Shown here piece after piece: positions 40,323 to 55,861 of a stretch of DNA of 64,000 bases (positions are counted from its first letter, which is position 1; every line of letters starts with the position of its first letter). A program made the position numbers and the translations under genes. The notes below the pieces were generated by a model. The model worked only from the letters and a program-made list of their open reading frames with translations. It ran no database searches and had not been told where the DNA came from. The DNA is from Octopus vulgaris. Its lineage: Eukaryota. The stretch lies in assembly GCA_951406725.2 (NCBI GenBank), contig OX597817.1, positions 70,742,001-70,806,000 on the forward strand, read 5' to 3'.

Positions 40323-40403
40323 TATATCTATATCTTTTTTCCTTATAACTGTCCTGTCCTGAAAACTCCTCACAGCCTTGACTTTGTTATCTAATTTTAT
40401 ATA

Positions 40404-40512
<109 letters not shown>

Positions 40513-40603
40513 ATTCAGTTGAATTAGGTACTTAAGTTGAGGCATCAAGTCTGTCCAGTATTGTCCGCACAACTCGAAATTAGGTGAATAAAATTTTTTC
40601 ACC

Positions 40604-40674
<71 letters not shown>

Positions 40675-41559
40675 ATATATATATATATAAGGAAAATAAG
40701 GCAAGGTAGAAAGTGCTAAAATAATTTTATCATGATGTACACTTAAGCACCGGTTTCCGTCTTTTAGATTTTTCAACTAACCGATAGCATGGGTCGATAG
40801 CATGGGCTCCAGTAGTACTTCAGTGGTATTTTATTTTATCAACGCCGGAGTGGTAAAATGCAAAACTGGACTCGATGGGATTTGGATTGGGAATATAAAG
40901 AACCTGGAGACCAATTCTGTAACATTTTTTTCTCCGTCGCTATAGCAATTCTGCCTACTCGCTGGCTTACGCAATAAAACTACACACACACACACACACG
41001 CATACACATCGGTTTGTGTTTATATTTGTATGTCTGTCCACATACACACACATATATATATGTATACATATACACATGCAAACACGCATACATATATGCA
41101 TGTATACACACACATACATACATACATGCATATATGCATACATAAACGCATACATACATATACATATACATACAATTAAGTTGGGGAAAAAAATTAAATG
41201 AAATGTTTTGTAAATATTTCCATAGTCCTCAAATAAGTGAATATTTCTATAGTCTTCAAATAGTCTGTGTCTGTTTGTCTGTCTCTCTTCCTTTGTGTAT
41301 ACTTGGTAGGTTGTTAGTAGTAAATCTGAAGGAATAATTTTATGAGTACAGAGAATTGATGGTTTAAACAGTAGCAGCCGAGGGAGAAGAAGAAGAAGAA
41401 GAAAATTACGACTCGCCGAGGAACTATACAACAAATATAACGGGGACGAATCGTTAGTCCGAAATATAAGTAACTACACCCCATCAAAAGGTAGGAACAC
41501 AATTTTTGACCATTTCTGTGAACATATCACGAATTACCTATATCAGCATATACACAAAC

Positions 41560-42890
41560 AAAAATACAAGCCAAACTTCAGCAAAAAAGATGATAAAACA
41601 ATAGCAATGAGATAGGCTGACATAAGGAGTGCAGCAGTGATAATGGACACGGTATATTATATAACCCTAGTACTATCCATATTAGAAAACACAACATATT
41701 ATGAAAAGGTACAACGTTACAGTCAGCAGAAAATAATGGGAAGCTTAAAAACATTGTTAAACCTATACAGAGAAGGGCTACCGACAAGGAATGCGACTAT
41801 ATGTCTAACTTCAATAGTAAATGTAGTCAATTCCTTAGATACACAAAAGTGAAAAAATAAGTAACGAATGCAGGGGATCCTCAGACATAATAATTAAGGA
41901 ACCTTCTCCTAATGACCTCAGATTAAGACCTATAACAGCAGGCCTCGCATGTGAAACTCACCGCCTCAATAAATTTTCAGACACCCTCTTAAAACCATTT
42001 CTCAAGCATCTCAAAAGCTACATAAGGGACGACCTAGATATGTTCAATCACCTCCCTGAAACAATAAATAAAAACACTCTACTAGTATTCTTTCATGTAG
42101 TCAACCTCTATCCCAGTATCCTCCATAGCCTAGGAATAGAGGCAATCCAATTCTGGCTAGAGAATTACTCTAATGAACTCCACACCGCATCAAAAAAGAA
42201 TTCGTAATAGAAGGGCTAAAATTTATCTTGGAGAATAACTTCTTCGTATTTAATGACAACTTCCATCGACAGAAATCGGGGATTGCGATTGGCAGCGAAT
42301 GGCCCCCTTCCTTTGGTCACCTAGTCATGGGGTACCTAGAAATCAATCATAGAAAATAACTGGAAAAGATATCTAGATAACTGTTTCATTCTTTGGCACG
42401 AAAGTATATAGACTTAAAGAATTTCAAGCACTTCTGAATGGACTTGACATAAACATCCAGTTGACGATGGAATATAGCCACCAAAAACTGCCATTCCTTG
42501 ACATCCTCATTAAGAAATCTAACAACAAAATAGAAACAGGCATATACTATAAGCCCACGGAGTCCAAGCAATATCTGCCGTTCAACTCATGCAACCCCAG
42601 ACACACTAGAATGAATATCCCTTACAACATGGCAAAAAAGGATTTGTACTATAGTATCTGATACAACCACCAGGGACACACGACTACATGAGCTAAAGGA
42701 TACGCGTTAGCAGGAACTACCCACCATCACCAACTGATATAGGCTTTCAATGTGCCCTACAACTCAACATCCACGAACTCAGACACCCCAAACTAAAGGA
42801 CTTACAACCAAAAGCCCTACCAGACATATCCCTAACTAAAGGACACCCCAAACTAAAGGACTTACAACCAAAAGCCCTACCAGACATATA
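41560..42890 (+). mobile_element. Penelope-like element RT, decayed
   Basis: Motifs LRPI.AG..CETHRL, KSYIRDDLDM, VVNLYPSI, FILENNFFVFND, WKRYLDNCF, KLPFLDILIKK...YYKPTESKQYLPFNSCNPRHT. Confidence 0.9.
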
Positions 42891-44096
42891 CATCCACACA
42901 CACGCACACACACACGCACGCACGCACACACACTCACACACACATCCTTGGTGGGGTCTTTAGCCGAGTCCTCTCTGTTGTATATATTTGAACCGGTTTT
43001 CTGGTCCGAAGATAACCGATAAATCGTCAGAGTTTCTTCTTTCCTTTCCTCTCAACCATTAAAGGGTGTTGTAGAAACATATCTCGTGTGCTTCACTTTT
43101 TACTATTCTGATGAAGCCATAAAAAAAATCCTACAAAAATATATTTAATTCGTGCTGATTTAGAGCAAAACAAGTCTAACTGAAATGTAGTGATAATGTT
43201 TGAGAAATAAATAAAGTCTGTTGACAGGCAAGACTTTTACATATCCAATCCATTAGTGAGAATGGCAGAAATATGTAACACTTTACTGAAGTTCAGCAAA
43301 AGTCTACATCAGTTTTATTGTTGTCTGAAGTGTAACTACAAAGAAACCTTGTTACAAAAAAGTCGAAAAAAAATTAAAAAATGGGTGATTGTTATTTCTG
43401 TGGAAAATAACTGAAAAGAATAAAATATACAGAGACAAACAGACGCATGCGTGCTCACAGCGCCCGAACTCATACAAATACAAATACATCACACGCAAGA
43501 TCACAATTACACACAGCTGCATACATACATGTAAATATACAGGCACACAATAGAGCATGTTAACACTCACGCGCTCGCACCCACACACATTTACGTACAC
43601 GATCACATATACATGCACACATGTATACATGTTTATAAGCATGACGCATGGGTTGTATATATACTTGCATACACTCAATCATTCATATCTCCGAGTACAT
43701 GCATACACCAACCCCTCCCATGCGTGTGCACTCACACAAACATCTATTCTAGTAAAATCACATAAAAAATCATGCCCACGAAACTATATACACATTCATA
43801 TACCTCATAGAAGGCAAGCAGCATTCGTAAATACATACAGAGCGTATATAAACACTGCTAGATATTTTGTAACATAGAAATATATAAGTAAACTTTTACA
43901 CACAAAAGGGCGGGAGAGAAAAAGAGAGAGCAAAAAAGTGGGAGAAAGAGAATTGTAAGCAAGCACTTGATAATGTATACATACGCGTGAACACATTTTT
44001 TAAACACCTATTCTTGTGCATACACATATACATAAATATCTCTACATGCATACATACAACCAAATGCATTCTCCAGTATGTTTATATGTATGTATG

Positions 44097-44128
<32 letters not shown>

Positions 44129-44592
44129 TGTATGTATGTATGTATGTATGTATGTATGTATGTATGTATGTATGTTTGTATGTATGTATGCATGTATGTA
44201 CGTATGTATGTTTGTATGTATGTTTGTATTTATGTATGTATGCATGTATGTATGTATGTTTGTATATATATGTGTGTGTATATATGTATGTATATGTATG
44301 TATGTTTGTATGTATGTATGTGTATCTTTGTAGATATATATATATATGTGTGCGTATATATGTATGTCTATGCATGTATGTATCTATCTATACAGACACA
44401 ATACATACATACATACATTCATACATACATAATACAAAAACATACATACCTACTTACGTATATTTATGTGTGTGTCTGTGTGTGTACTTATGTGTATATC
44501 TATATATGTATGTGTGTGTGTGTATGTATATATATGTGTGTGTGTGTGCGTCTGTGTACGCATGTGTGTGTGTGTGTGTGCATGTGTGTGTT

Positions 44593-44644
<52 letters not shown>

Positions 44645-46039
44645 TGTATAAGCACAACTCATGTGACCGATTCATACAAAATAATGAATACTACAAGGAT
44701 ACTTTTCACTGTATTAAGTCATGAAAATAAGTATGAAGAGTGAGAAAATAACAGATGGTAATTTATTTTAAACATTTGAGGTCTTATCTATCATGTGTAT
44801 TTGGAAACCAATAATGTGAATATTGACATTGTCGCTAATCCTGTTCAGCTCACATATGTCTTTGTCTTTTTTTTTTCTGCTGGAATCAAAGCAGTTTATG
44901 CTGTCTGACTGTTGGCACTATTGTGTCGTCGAAAACTTGGTCTTTGAATCCATTTATCTCTCGTTTCCGTTTGTATTTTTTTAAGACGAATTGTTTTTAG
45001 TGATATTTGTTTGGTTTAACTCTGGACAGTATTCTGGTGATTTAGACAGCAAACACATCAGCTTAAAGGTTTTAGACACCAATCCTAACCTAGATGAAGA
45101 ATCATTTCTTGAAAATGACCGGAGACGATTGATAAACGACATCATATCAGCATCTATGCAAAATAGTCGACAATCAAACAAGCATTACGCATGTACACGT
45201 ATTTATGAATATTCAGTGAGTTGCAAGGGATACATATATGTTATGAAGTTGAGCAGATGAGAATCAAATATCACTAGGATTGGACAGTAATTTATCAATC
45301 TATTTCCCAGAAGATATGATAGCAATTCACTCGCTAGACAAAGTGGAGTGAATAAAATGAAATATATTGGCCAACTTGCTGAATGATATATCGAAAGTCC
45401 AGCAGATAGATTTGTATTCACAACACAACATAGCAATTTCGACATGTCAAAGCATATTAATAATACTTGAGTTGTTATCTAACAGACAGTTTATTATACA
45501 AGATTATCTAAGCAGAACTGGCATACATTTATTATATAATATTATCAAAATATTTTCGGAAAATTATCTAACACTCGTATACAATTGATTAATTTGAAAC
45601 ACTGTTTATTTGAAATAGGATTATTTGAGAAAATATAGAATTTAAATACAGAGCACAGGAATAAGTACAAGTGTATGAAAGTGTACAACAATGTGTATGC
45701 TGTAAGGAAAGGATCGATGAAAGAAGTACTAGCTGAGTACTGTGTACTAGCTGAGTACTGAGTACTGGGGGTCGTTTTAATTCTAGATGCGAATCGAAAT
45801 ATAATAAAGAGTAAGTATATATAATGCATTGGTCGTGTATTCCCTATTTATGCAACTGCTCAGAAATTTATAAAAGTGCATTAACATTCCCACTCTTGTA
45901 TGTATGTATGTATGTATGTATGTATGTATGTATGTATGTATGTATGTATATATGTTTTCTTCGGTTTTTTAATTATTTGAAATCTTCCTCTGAGGAAGGA
46001 GCTGGTTTCTAACAAGCATAAAAATAAAACTTCATCTTT

Positions 46040-46520
46040 GGAGTGTATGGATATAACTAAAACAATGCTACATTTTGAATTTCAGAGAAGTCTCGCATAT
46101 CCTTACCGTTCCATTTACAGATTGCTTTTGTAATGTGCTAATTAGCTGGTCGATATCTTTTTCTGAATACCCTAGCTTATCTAGATTGGATCAATTATTA
46201 TTGGTATAAATGTGAATTTACAATCTGGTTGTAGAAGCCGGTGATTTCGAAGCGGTTATCCATAGTTATAATATTTCACTTTGATCTTCAAAGAGATATT
46301 CACATCAACAGAGCAACTGACCTCAATGACAGTACATACTTTTTCATGTCTGTTTCAAGCAACTATATCTACCGTTATATTTGCACTTGGTTGAAGCTTT
46401 GATGGGGATATTCCACTGATATTCCTTGCGGTAAAGTATTCAATAACAAGGGTAGTCTCCATATTTATCCCAGGACAGTCCCTTCTTTTCGAATGGCATT
46501 ATATACTGTTTTTGCAACAA
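46040..46520 (-). mobile_element. R4/Dong-like LINE 3' fragment (RLE endonuclease region)
   Basis: Minus-strand WNIPIKASTKCKYN...EKVCTVIEVSCSVDVNISLKI...CKFTFIPIII. Confidence 0.65.
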
Positions 46521-46982
46521 CGTATGTATTGATATGTATGTATGAATGTATGTATGTATGTATGTATGTATGTATGTATGTATGTATGTATGTATGTATG
46601 TATGTATGTATGTATGTATGTATGTATGTATGTATGTATGTATGTATGTATGTATGTATGTATGTATGAATGTATGTATGAATGTATGTATGCATTGATA
46701 TGTATGTATGTATGTACGTATGTATGTATGTATGTATGTATGTATGTATGTATGTATGTATGTATGTATGTATGCATGTATGTATTATGTATGTATGAAT
46801 GTACGTATGTATGTATGTATGTGTGTGTTTATGTATATACATATGTATATTTGTGTGTGTGTCTGTATGTATGTATGCATGTATGTTGAACGACAACCTT
46901 ATTGATGAGTTTTAGGTTCCATATTTTTGCTTTAACAAATAGATTTGTAGGCTGTCAGCCAATTCTCTTTCTTTCTTTCCCG

Positions 46983-47036
<54 letters not shown>

Positions 47037-47061
47037 CTCTCTCTCTCTCAATCTCTCGCTC

Positions 47062-47104
<43 letters not shown>

Positions 47105-47395
47105 GTCCTTCTCTCTCTGTCGTCTGTCTCCTTATATCTCGTATTTCTCTAAAATATCATTAAAAAGTATGTATTTTCAGAAAATTAGGTTGAAACAAAG
47201 GCAGAAGGGACCCAAATAATGGTTATGTTGTAAATTTTCGCAACAAATCTATTAATACAAATGTGTATGTGTGTGTGTCTGCATGTTTCTGTGCGCGTGT
47301 ATGTACTTGTGTGTTTAAGTATGTATGTATGTATGTATGTATGTATGTATGTATGTATGTATGTATGTATGTATGTATGTATGTATGTATGTATG

Positions 47396-47450
<55 letters not shown>

Positions 47451-47553
47451 TCATCCAGCCAACTATCCATCCATCTGTATGCATGAATATATAAATATGC
47501 ACTTATATATATGTGCGTGTTTGCATACAGACATACGCATTATAAATGCATAA

Positions 47554-47640
<87 letters not shown>

Positions 47641-48441
47641 TAAATATATATATATATACATATACATACATACATTTATACACATACACACATATATATG
47701 TATGTATGCACATACACATACGCGTACGCGCGCAAACACACACACACGAACACAACTGGAAGAACCAAAAGTAATATCAGTGATATTTTTTTTAGGTGGC
47801 GATCTTAGCGGCATGACATTCTGTCTTTACGAGGTCGGCTTTGCTTTCATTCTTTCTGGGCTCGATTCAATCAGTAATCGGTTTGTCCTCTCCCTCAAAC
47901 TTTCAAACCTTTCTATCTATAGTTAGAAAGGAATATCAGGGATGTTTTAATAAAGCTTTCGCAACATTACACCAAGAATCATAATTACATATTTATAATT
48001 AAACATAATAATACGGCACGTAAAATTCCCAGCATTATTGATATTGTGATTATAAGCAGAGCTATTTCTGTTCCGCAGTATATGCGACATCGTACTACAT
48101 GAATATTCATTTGAAATACGAATTTTCGTCGAGATGTGTTATATTGAGCTCTAGTATCTTGTTATTTGTCATGCTTATGTTTGTTCCACGCAATGAAGTA
48201 CATTTATTACACACAAGCACATAAACACGTGCACATGCACGGATACACGCTTACTCTTTTACACTTTTATTTGTTTCAGTCATTTGACAGCGGCCATGCT
48301 GGAGCACCACCTTTAGTCGAACAAATCGGCCCCAGGAATTATTCTTTGTAAACTTAGTATTTTTTTTTATCGGTTGTCAAGCGATGTTGCGATGGTGGAG
48401 GTGGTGGTGGTGGGCCAAACACAGACGCACAAATGAATACA

Positions 48442-49041
<600 letters not shown>

Positions 49042-49107
49042 ACTGCGTAATTATAGTTGGCGATTTTCTTTCTCAGTCTTCCCTTCCTTGGACCTTTCCT
49101 GTTGCTA

Positions 49108-49143
49108 TGTTTCTGACGAAGAGCTCCGTTCGAAACGTTAAAT
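49108..49143 (+). ncRNA. minimal type-I hammerhead motif with intact core
   Basis: GTTT-CTGACGA-A-GAGC-tcc-GTTC-GAAAC-GTT-AAAT; palindromic AACGTT. Confidence 0.75.
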
Positions 49144-49237
49144 CCTCCCTCTTTCTTTCTTTTCATGAGCATCCAATAACACTATACTTGTTCCACGTCC
49201 TCGCGTTGTTGTGTTTTCTCTTTGTTCATGTTTGGAA

Positions 49238-49298
<61 letters not shown>

Positions 49299-50557
49299 GA
49301 CGGGCTTCTTTCAATTTCCGTCTGCCAAATCCACCCACAAGGCTTTGCTCGGTCCGAGACTATAGTGGAAAGCACTTGCCCAAAGTGTCACACAGTGGGA
49401 CTGAACTCGGAACCATGTGGTTGGGAAGCAAGGCTTTGTACAGATGAAATTAAAAAGCAAACTATTTTCTTTCTAGAAATATTTTTCTGAAACAAATGAC
49501 AATGTTTTGTGTTAGTGAATGCATAAGCTAGAAAAGCATAAGTTTTTTTGGCACTTGCATGTTTGTATGTGATGTTGTGTATGTGTGTGTGTATGTACGC
49601 GTGTGTGTATGTATGTGTTTGTGCGTGTATGTGTGTGCGTGTGAGTGTATGTGTGTATGTATGTGTGTGCGCGCGTGTGTGTACGTGCGTACGTGTGTAT
49701 GTATGCGTGAGTGCATGTGTGTGTGTGTGTGTGTGTGCGCGCGTGCTACTTTATACGCGTGTGCGTTTGTACCTGTGTGCTTGTGCATGTGCTCATGAAC
49801 ATCCATCATTCATAATTAGTATCATGTACGTTGTATGTTTTATTTTCAAATTCATTTTCTCTTTCTCTTCTTTTTGCTTTTTAATATAAATTTTGAAATA
49901 ATGTGGAAATATGCGTCTCGCAAAATTTACAAGATGTTGCTATTTCGCATTGTGCAGACGACTTGCTATTCCAGCCATTGCAAAATCCTTTCATGACAAC
50001 CCTATAAATAATAATTTTTTGACTCACTCTTATTTACATTTAATGTCTCCAACTGCTACTCACTTCCTCGCCATTTGCGGCGAAGTTTACGACAACCGAA
50101 ACATCGCCCCATTTGCTTTTCAGTATCCCTCAAACTGTAGGGCCGGTGTGTATTTAGGGTATCTGTTAATGATGGTGCAGGTTTTATTTGTATCTTGTTT
50201 ATACATAACACACTTCCCTTAATAAATGTGCTTGTTTCAGTCCTAATTATTTGTTTCAGTTTTAATTACGTTCAGTTCTAATTACGCTCAATCCTAATCC
50301 CATTATTACGAGACATTCCAAGGCAGCGAGCTGGCATAATCGTTAGCGCATCGGTGAAAATGCTTAGTAGAATTTCTTCCGGTTTTACGTTGTGTGTTCA
50401 AATTCCGTTAAGGTCGACATTGTCTTTCATCCTTTTGAGGTTGAAAAAATAGCTAGATAAAATGGACTTTGGGATCGATGTAATCGCCAAGTCTCTACCT
50501 CCAAATTTCTGACCTTATGCCTATTGTACAAAGAATTATTACGACGTATGTGTGTAT

Positions 50558-50832
50558 GTGGATGCACATGGCCTAGTGGTTAGAGCAGCGGACTCGCGGT
50601 CTAGGGCTCGCGGGTTCGAATCTCAGACAGGGCGATGTGTGTGTTTATGAGCGAAAACACCTAAGCTCCACGCGGCATCGGCAGAAGGTAATGGCGAAAC
50701 TTCTGCTAACTCTTTCGCCACAACTTTCTCTCACTCTTTCCTCTTGCATCTTGCAGCTCACCTGCGACGGACCGATGTCCCGTCCAGGTGGGGAACCTAT
50801 ACGCAAAGAAACCGGTAAACCGGCCCTAATGA
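50558..50832 (+). mobile_element. OR-like SINE with V-domain-like tail 2 ending (TGAA)n
   Basis: Head GGCCTAGTGGTTAGAGCAGCGGACTCGCGGTC; CCTGCGACGGACCGATGTCCCGTCCAGG. Confidence 0.75.
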
Positions 50833-51044
50833 ATGAATGAATGAATGAATGAATGAATGTATGTATGTATGTATTCAGTTTTATTTCAAGATATCTTGCC
50901 AATAGAGGAGCCGATTTCTAACCTAGATCCAAGGTCCCTTCATTGGAATTTCAACAACATCCACATTGTATTTGTGTACACATGTGCAATAGTAGGAGTC
51001 AGTACGTGTGCAGATTTGTATGTTTTGTTTTATATATTATTCTT

Positions 51045-51368
51045 ATGCGTGGCATCTTTGGCAAGTGTCTTCTACTATATTTTCGGGCCGACCAAAGCTT
51101 TGTGAGTGGATTTGGTGGACGGAAACTGAAAGAAGCCCGTCGTATATATGTATATATATATATATGTGTGTGTGAGTCTGAGTTTGCCTCCTAGCATTAC
51201 TTGACAACCGATGCTGGTGTGTTTATGTCCCCGTAAATTAGCAGTTCGGCAAAAGAAACCGATAGAATAAGTACTAGGCTAACAAAGAATAAGTCCCGGC
51301 GTCGATTTGCTCGACTGAAGGCGGTGCTCCAGTATGGCCGCAGTCAAATGACTGAAACAAGTAAAAGA

Positions 51369-51372
<4 letters not shown>
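51045..51372 (+). mobile_element. SINE family C, 5'-truncated
   Basis: Homologous to 33788-34195. Confidence 0.85.
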
Positions 51373-51404
<32 letters not shown>

Positions 51405-51586
51405 ATGTTTGTATGTCTAGATAGACATATATATTCTTAAATGATAAACTTCTGGAAAGTTTTAGATTTTTATATGTATGTATGTATACATGTATGTATG
51501 TATGTATGTATGTATGTATGTATGTATGTATGTATATATGTATGTATGTATGTATGTATGTGTGTGTGTATGTGTGTGTATGTATG

Positions 51587-51618
<32 letters not shown>

Positions 51619-53590
51619 AATGGATGGATGGATGGATGATTGTATTCATATATGCCTCGACACGCCGATATATGCATTTAAATCCACACAAGAAAAGATA
51701 ATGTAAGTGAATCATTTAAAAAATTACGTCTATGTATGTGCGTGCGTATGTGTATGTGTGTGAATGGTTGGTATCCATAGCATTGAAACTATTACAGCCA
51801 ATCAATAAGCTGAAAAAAGATAGAAGTCTCCGATTTCTTGAGACAAATTAATTGGTCTACTGACCATATACTTTATCCTGTCACGCATGTGATCAAGAGC
51901 GTGCCCTTGAACCATGTGGTCACAGCTCTCGCATATTCTATTCTTAGTTGGTTTGATTTATCTTCTCCTTCGGCCGTCTGTTATAGGTCAATGTTGAATG
52001 TTCTTGATCAGTAATTTTCTCTGAGCAAAACGCTTTGAACAGTGAGTGAAGCAGTTGGCGTCATCCCTCACCAACAGACTGCTTCCCGGGGTCTCCACGC
52101 TAGGTACCAAGTTGTGTACAAGAGTGCAACGAGTATGGTCGACGACCAGGCTGCCCTCGCAGTCGCAATTCACTTGCTAGTTGACTCTCAACCATTGTCT
52201 GATGTTACAGATCTTCCTCTTGGCCGTAATAACATCCAAGACATCGATCTACGACTCCTCCACCGTATCACTGGAATCACTGTATCACTGGCACGAGAAG
52301 CCAAGAGGTTGCTAGCACTTGCCTAAGGTTCCACTCCAGCCTACGGACCGAAAGGGCAACTTACTCTCTATTTTACAGTCTTCCACTGATGTGGGTGCCT
52401 TACCGTACCGATGGTTTGATTTATAAATTATCTTACAAAGGAGTCGATTTTTAAGCTAGCAACTGTCGTTCGTCTGTTACAGAGAATCTCAAACATTTTT
52501 TTCCATTGTATTTGTTCGGATTGCCCAGCAGCGTTGGAGTACCCCTTGTGAAGTATATATCTTAAAATGGTTGGATACCATAAAACAGACAATAGTGGAT
52601 GCTATTTTATAGATACCATGAAACAGACAATGTATAATTTGTTATTAATTATTGTATTTGGATATGAAAACTCCAAACAACATATTTGAGTAATTTTCTC
52701 TTTCTTTTTTAATCTATATGGTTATAGGTGCAGGCGTGGCTGTGTGGTAATAAGCTTGCTTCCAAACCATATGATTCTGAGTTTAGTTCGACTACGGAGC
52801 ATCTTGGATAAGTGTCTTTTACTAATAAATACTGGTGGCCAATTCGTTCGACTCAAACCTTTCAAGGCAGTGCCTCGGCTTGACTGTAGTCCAATGACTG
52901 ACACAAACAAACGATAAGAGATATTTTACTACATCTAAAAGTGCACTCTTGGAAAGTACCTTGTGGTGATTACTTCAAAATTCCAGTGTTTTTATAAATC
53001 TCGAATACTCCTGAAATTTCTTTTGTGTACCTCAAGAAGTACGAGTTTCTCGGTTTGAGAACCTCTTACTTAATACGAAACTGTTATCAAGAGTATTAAA
53101 GATTTTCGTATTTAGAATACCACGCTGGATAATAGACGATATTAAATGGTATAAGAGCGATGCTTCAATAGTATAACAATGATATTGCTCTATTAAATAC
53201 GACGGTAATTTAAAAAGGCGTGACGAGGATTTTGTGTCAAGATAACGGTCGGTCTTTATTATATTGATTGTCGCTGCATAAAGGCCTCTACGCTCCGACA
53301 ATCATTTTAATTAACTCTTTATGTATCGAGAGTGTTTTATAACTATGCTTTATTCCGCAATCTCAGTAGATATAATTTAGACTATACGCTCTGACAATTA
53401 TTGTAAACCATGTGCACACTGATGTAATAGCCACCCACGTTGTCTTCCATATCCATCCATCCATCCATCCATCCATCCATCCATCCACCCATCCACCCAT
53501 CCACCCATCCATCCATCCATCCATCCATCCATCCATCCATCCATCCATCCACCCATCCATCCATCCATCCATCCATCCATCCATCCATCC

Positions 53591-53660
<70 letters not shown>

Positions 53661-53842
53661 ACAATTTTAGCTTGTCTAAGAGGAATATTTAACCATCTGT
53701 TGAGTCATCGTGACTGTATGATGACTCAACAGGTAGTCGGTGTTATGGATTTATGTCTATGTAAATGAAGCAACTAGGACGAATTGTTTTCTTTTTTAAA
53801 AGGGAAGAATGGAGTTCAAGTACACCACATAAAGAAAATATA

Positions 53843-53915
<73 letters not shown>

Positions 53916-54613
53916 AGTTTACCTCATGGGACATCATGATGTCTCAATGATTATTTACTATTGAACGAAAGTCAGTTAGTCTATCTACTAGATACTTCCT
54001 GGCATGTATTTAAGCATCGTAATTTATATTCTGATAAAGGCTGTGAGCTGGCAGAAGCGTTAACGCGGCGGGCAAGATGTTTAACGGCATTTCCTCAACA
54101 TCTGCTATAATTTATGTGGTTAAACGTATAAGTTCAATAGTGGCTCACGCGATAAACAGTCAGCAAAAAATCTAGACATCTCGCGATGTCAAGAGCACTA
54201 GAATTCGTAAAGGCGGAGCTTAATCCAGTTATTATGACACATAGGCGATTGTGATTATAATTCACCCTTGAACGGGACACCAGTCCGTCGCAGTGTAAAC
54301 TTCACATCCATTGCTGGAACTCATCTCCAGCCGAGTGCACTGGACTGGTGTGAATTGAAGTGCTTTACTCAAGAATACAACGCATCACATGATCTGGAGT
54401 ACAACATCCAGACCACAAGACCATGCACCTTAAGGCGAGGTAGCTGGTTGTTACTATTTCATTTTTTTTTATGTGGTATATTTGAGGTCTATAGTTCCCT
54501 TTTGATTAATTCACAAAGTCATAAAATCATAGCCCCATCTGCCTAGTTGAGTATTTTCTCATTAAATGATTAAATAACTAGCTTAAGTGAATGAAGACTA
54601 TACTGCCTAAATA

Positions 54614-55154
54614 TTGGGTTGTCCGGAAAGTTCGTGCCGATTTATAGTAGCTTACCTTTCGACTTATTTTAGAACATGGCTGAGTTCATAAAATAGGATT
54701 TGTCTGCACCTCTTTTCGTGGAAGAAAATGTATGTTCCTATAATCTGTATTAATTCTGTAACCCTTTAAAATGGAAGATAAGAAAGTTCATTTTCGGCAC
54801 TTAGTGGTTTGGAAACCAGACAAAAATTGCTGCAGCTCGGTTGGGATGTGTTACCCCACCCTCAATATTCACCAGATATTGCTCCTTCGGATTTCCACTT
54901 ATTCAGGTCTCTGCAGAATAGTCATAATGGTAAAAATTTCAATTCCTTAGATGACGTAAAAAGATACCTTGATGAATTCTTTGCCATGAAACCACATCAA
55001 TTCTGGGAAGAGGGTATTTTCAAATTAAAGGAAAGATGGAGACGCATTGTGCAACAAAATAGTTCATATTTGGTTGATTAAAAATATGATAGCAAGTATT
55101 TATTGACCTTTTTCTTTCCTTTAAAAATCGGCACGAACTTTCCGGACAACCCAA
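54614..55154 (+). mobile_element. internally deleted mariner element (same family as 12630-13196)
   Basis: TA TSDs, matching TIRs, LGWDVLPHPQYSPDIAPSDFHLFRSLQN. Confidence 0.95.
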
Positions 55155-55861
55155 TATATATGTTTCTATATACCATATTGTATCCATTTATGGATATGGT
55201 CTGTACAATAGAATTTCGATTTGATTTATTCACTAAATATAAAATTGGAAGCATTAAATCCTTTGTTTTATAATTCTAATATTCTAATTAAAATGGATTG
55301 ACCACATCGTCAGAATAAGCAACAAGAGAATTCCGAAGATCTATATGTATGCTGGGAAGAGAAATGTAGGAAGATCATAGTTAAGGTAGAAAATCAAGCT
55401 CAAGCCTTCTCCTGAAAACATCTGACAAAACTGCATTGGATCGCAATGAATGGGGATTAATTTGATGTAACAAAAAAGAAAAAAAGAAAAAGAAGAACTG
55501 AGCACGGTAGATCAAGATAAAGACAAAGTCTCGATTTAACATGCAAGCTGCTGTGTATAACAATCCTCTCTTATGTCCGTCCATTCTCTAAATCAAGGGC
55601 TGCTTTCAAGTTTCTTAAGTGACATATATATTAGATGGAGGCGAACACCCTTCTCCACGTCACTAGCTTCAAAAATTGTTAAGACAATAGGATATTTTCT
55701 AATTTTCTCAACATGAAACCAATTGTAGTCTTAATTCACAAATAAAGAAATTATATCCATATACATATATTTATTTATGTATATACATACATGTGCACAC
55801 GTATGTATATATTCATATAAATATATATGTGTATATATACGTATATATATATATATATATA

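Noticed and set aside
43987-44743. Long ORFs of [16 protein letters not shown] type here and throughout the window
   Set aside because: They are translations of stop-free microsatellites with no coding signal.
45724-45768. Short repeats GTACTAGCTGAGTACT resembling an array
   Set aside because: Simple local duplication with no spacers; not CRISPR-like.
51850-52400. GC-richer segment with short ORFs
   Set aside because: Likely a retroelement 3' remnant, but the family could not be identified from sequence.
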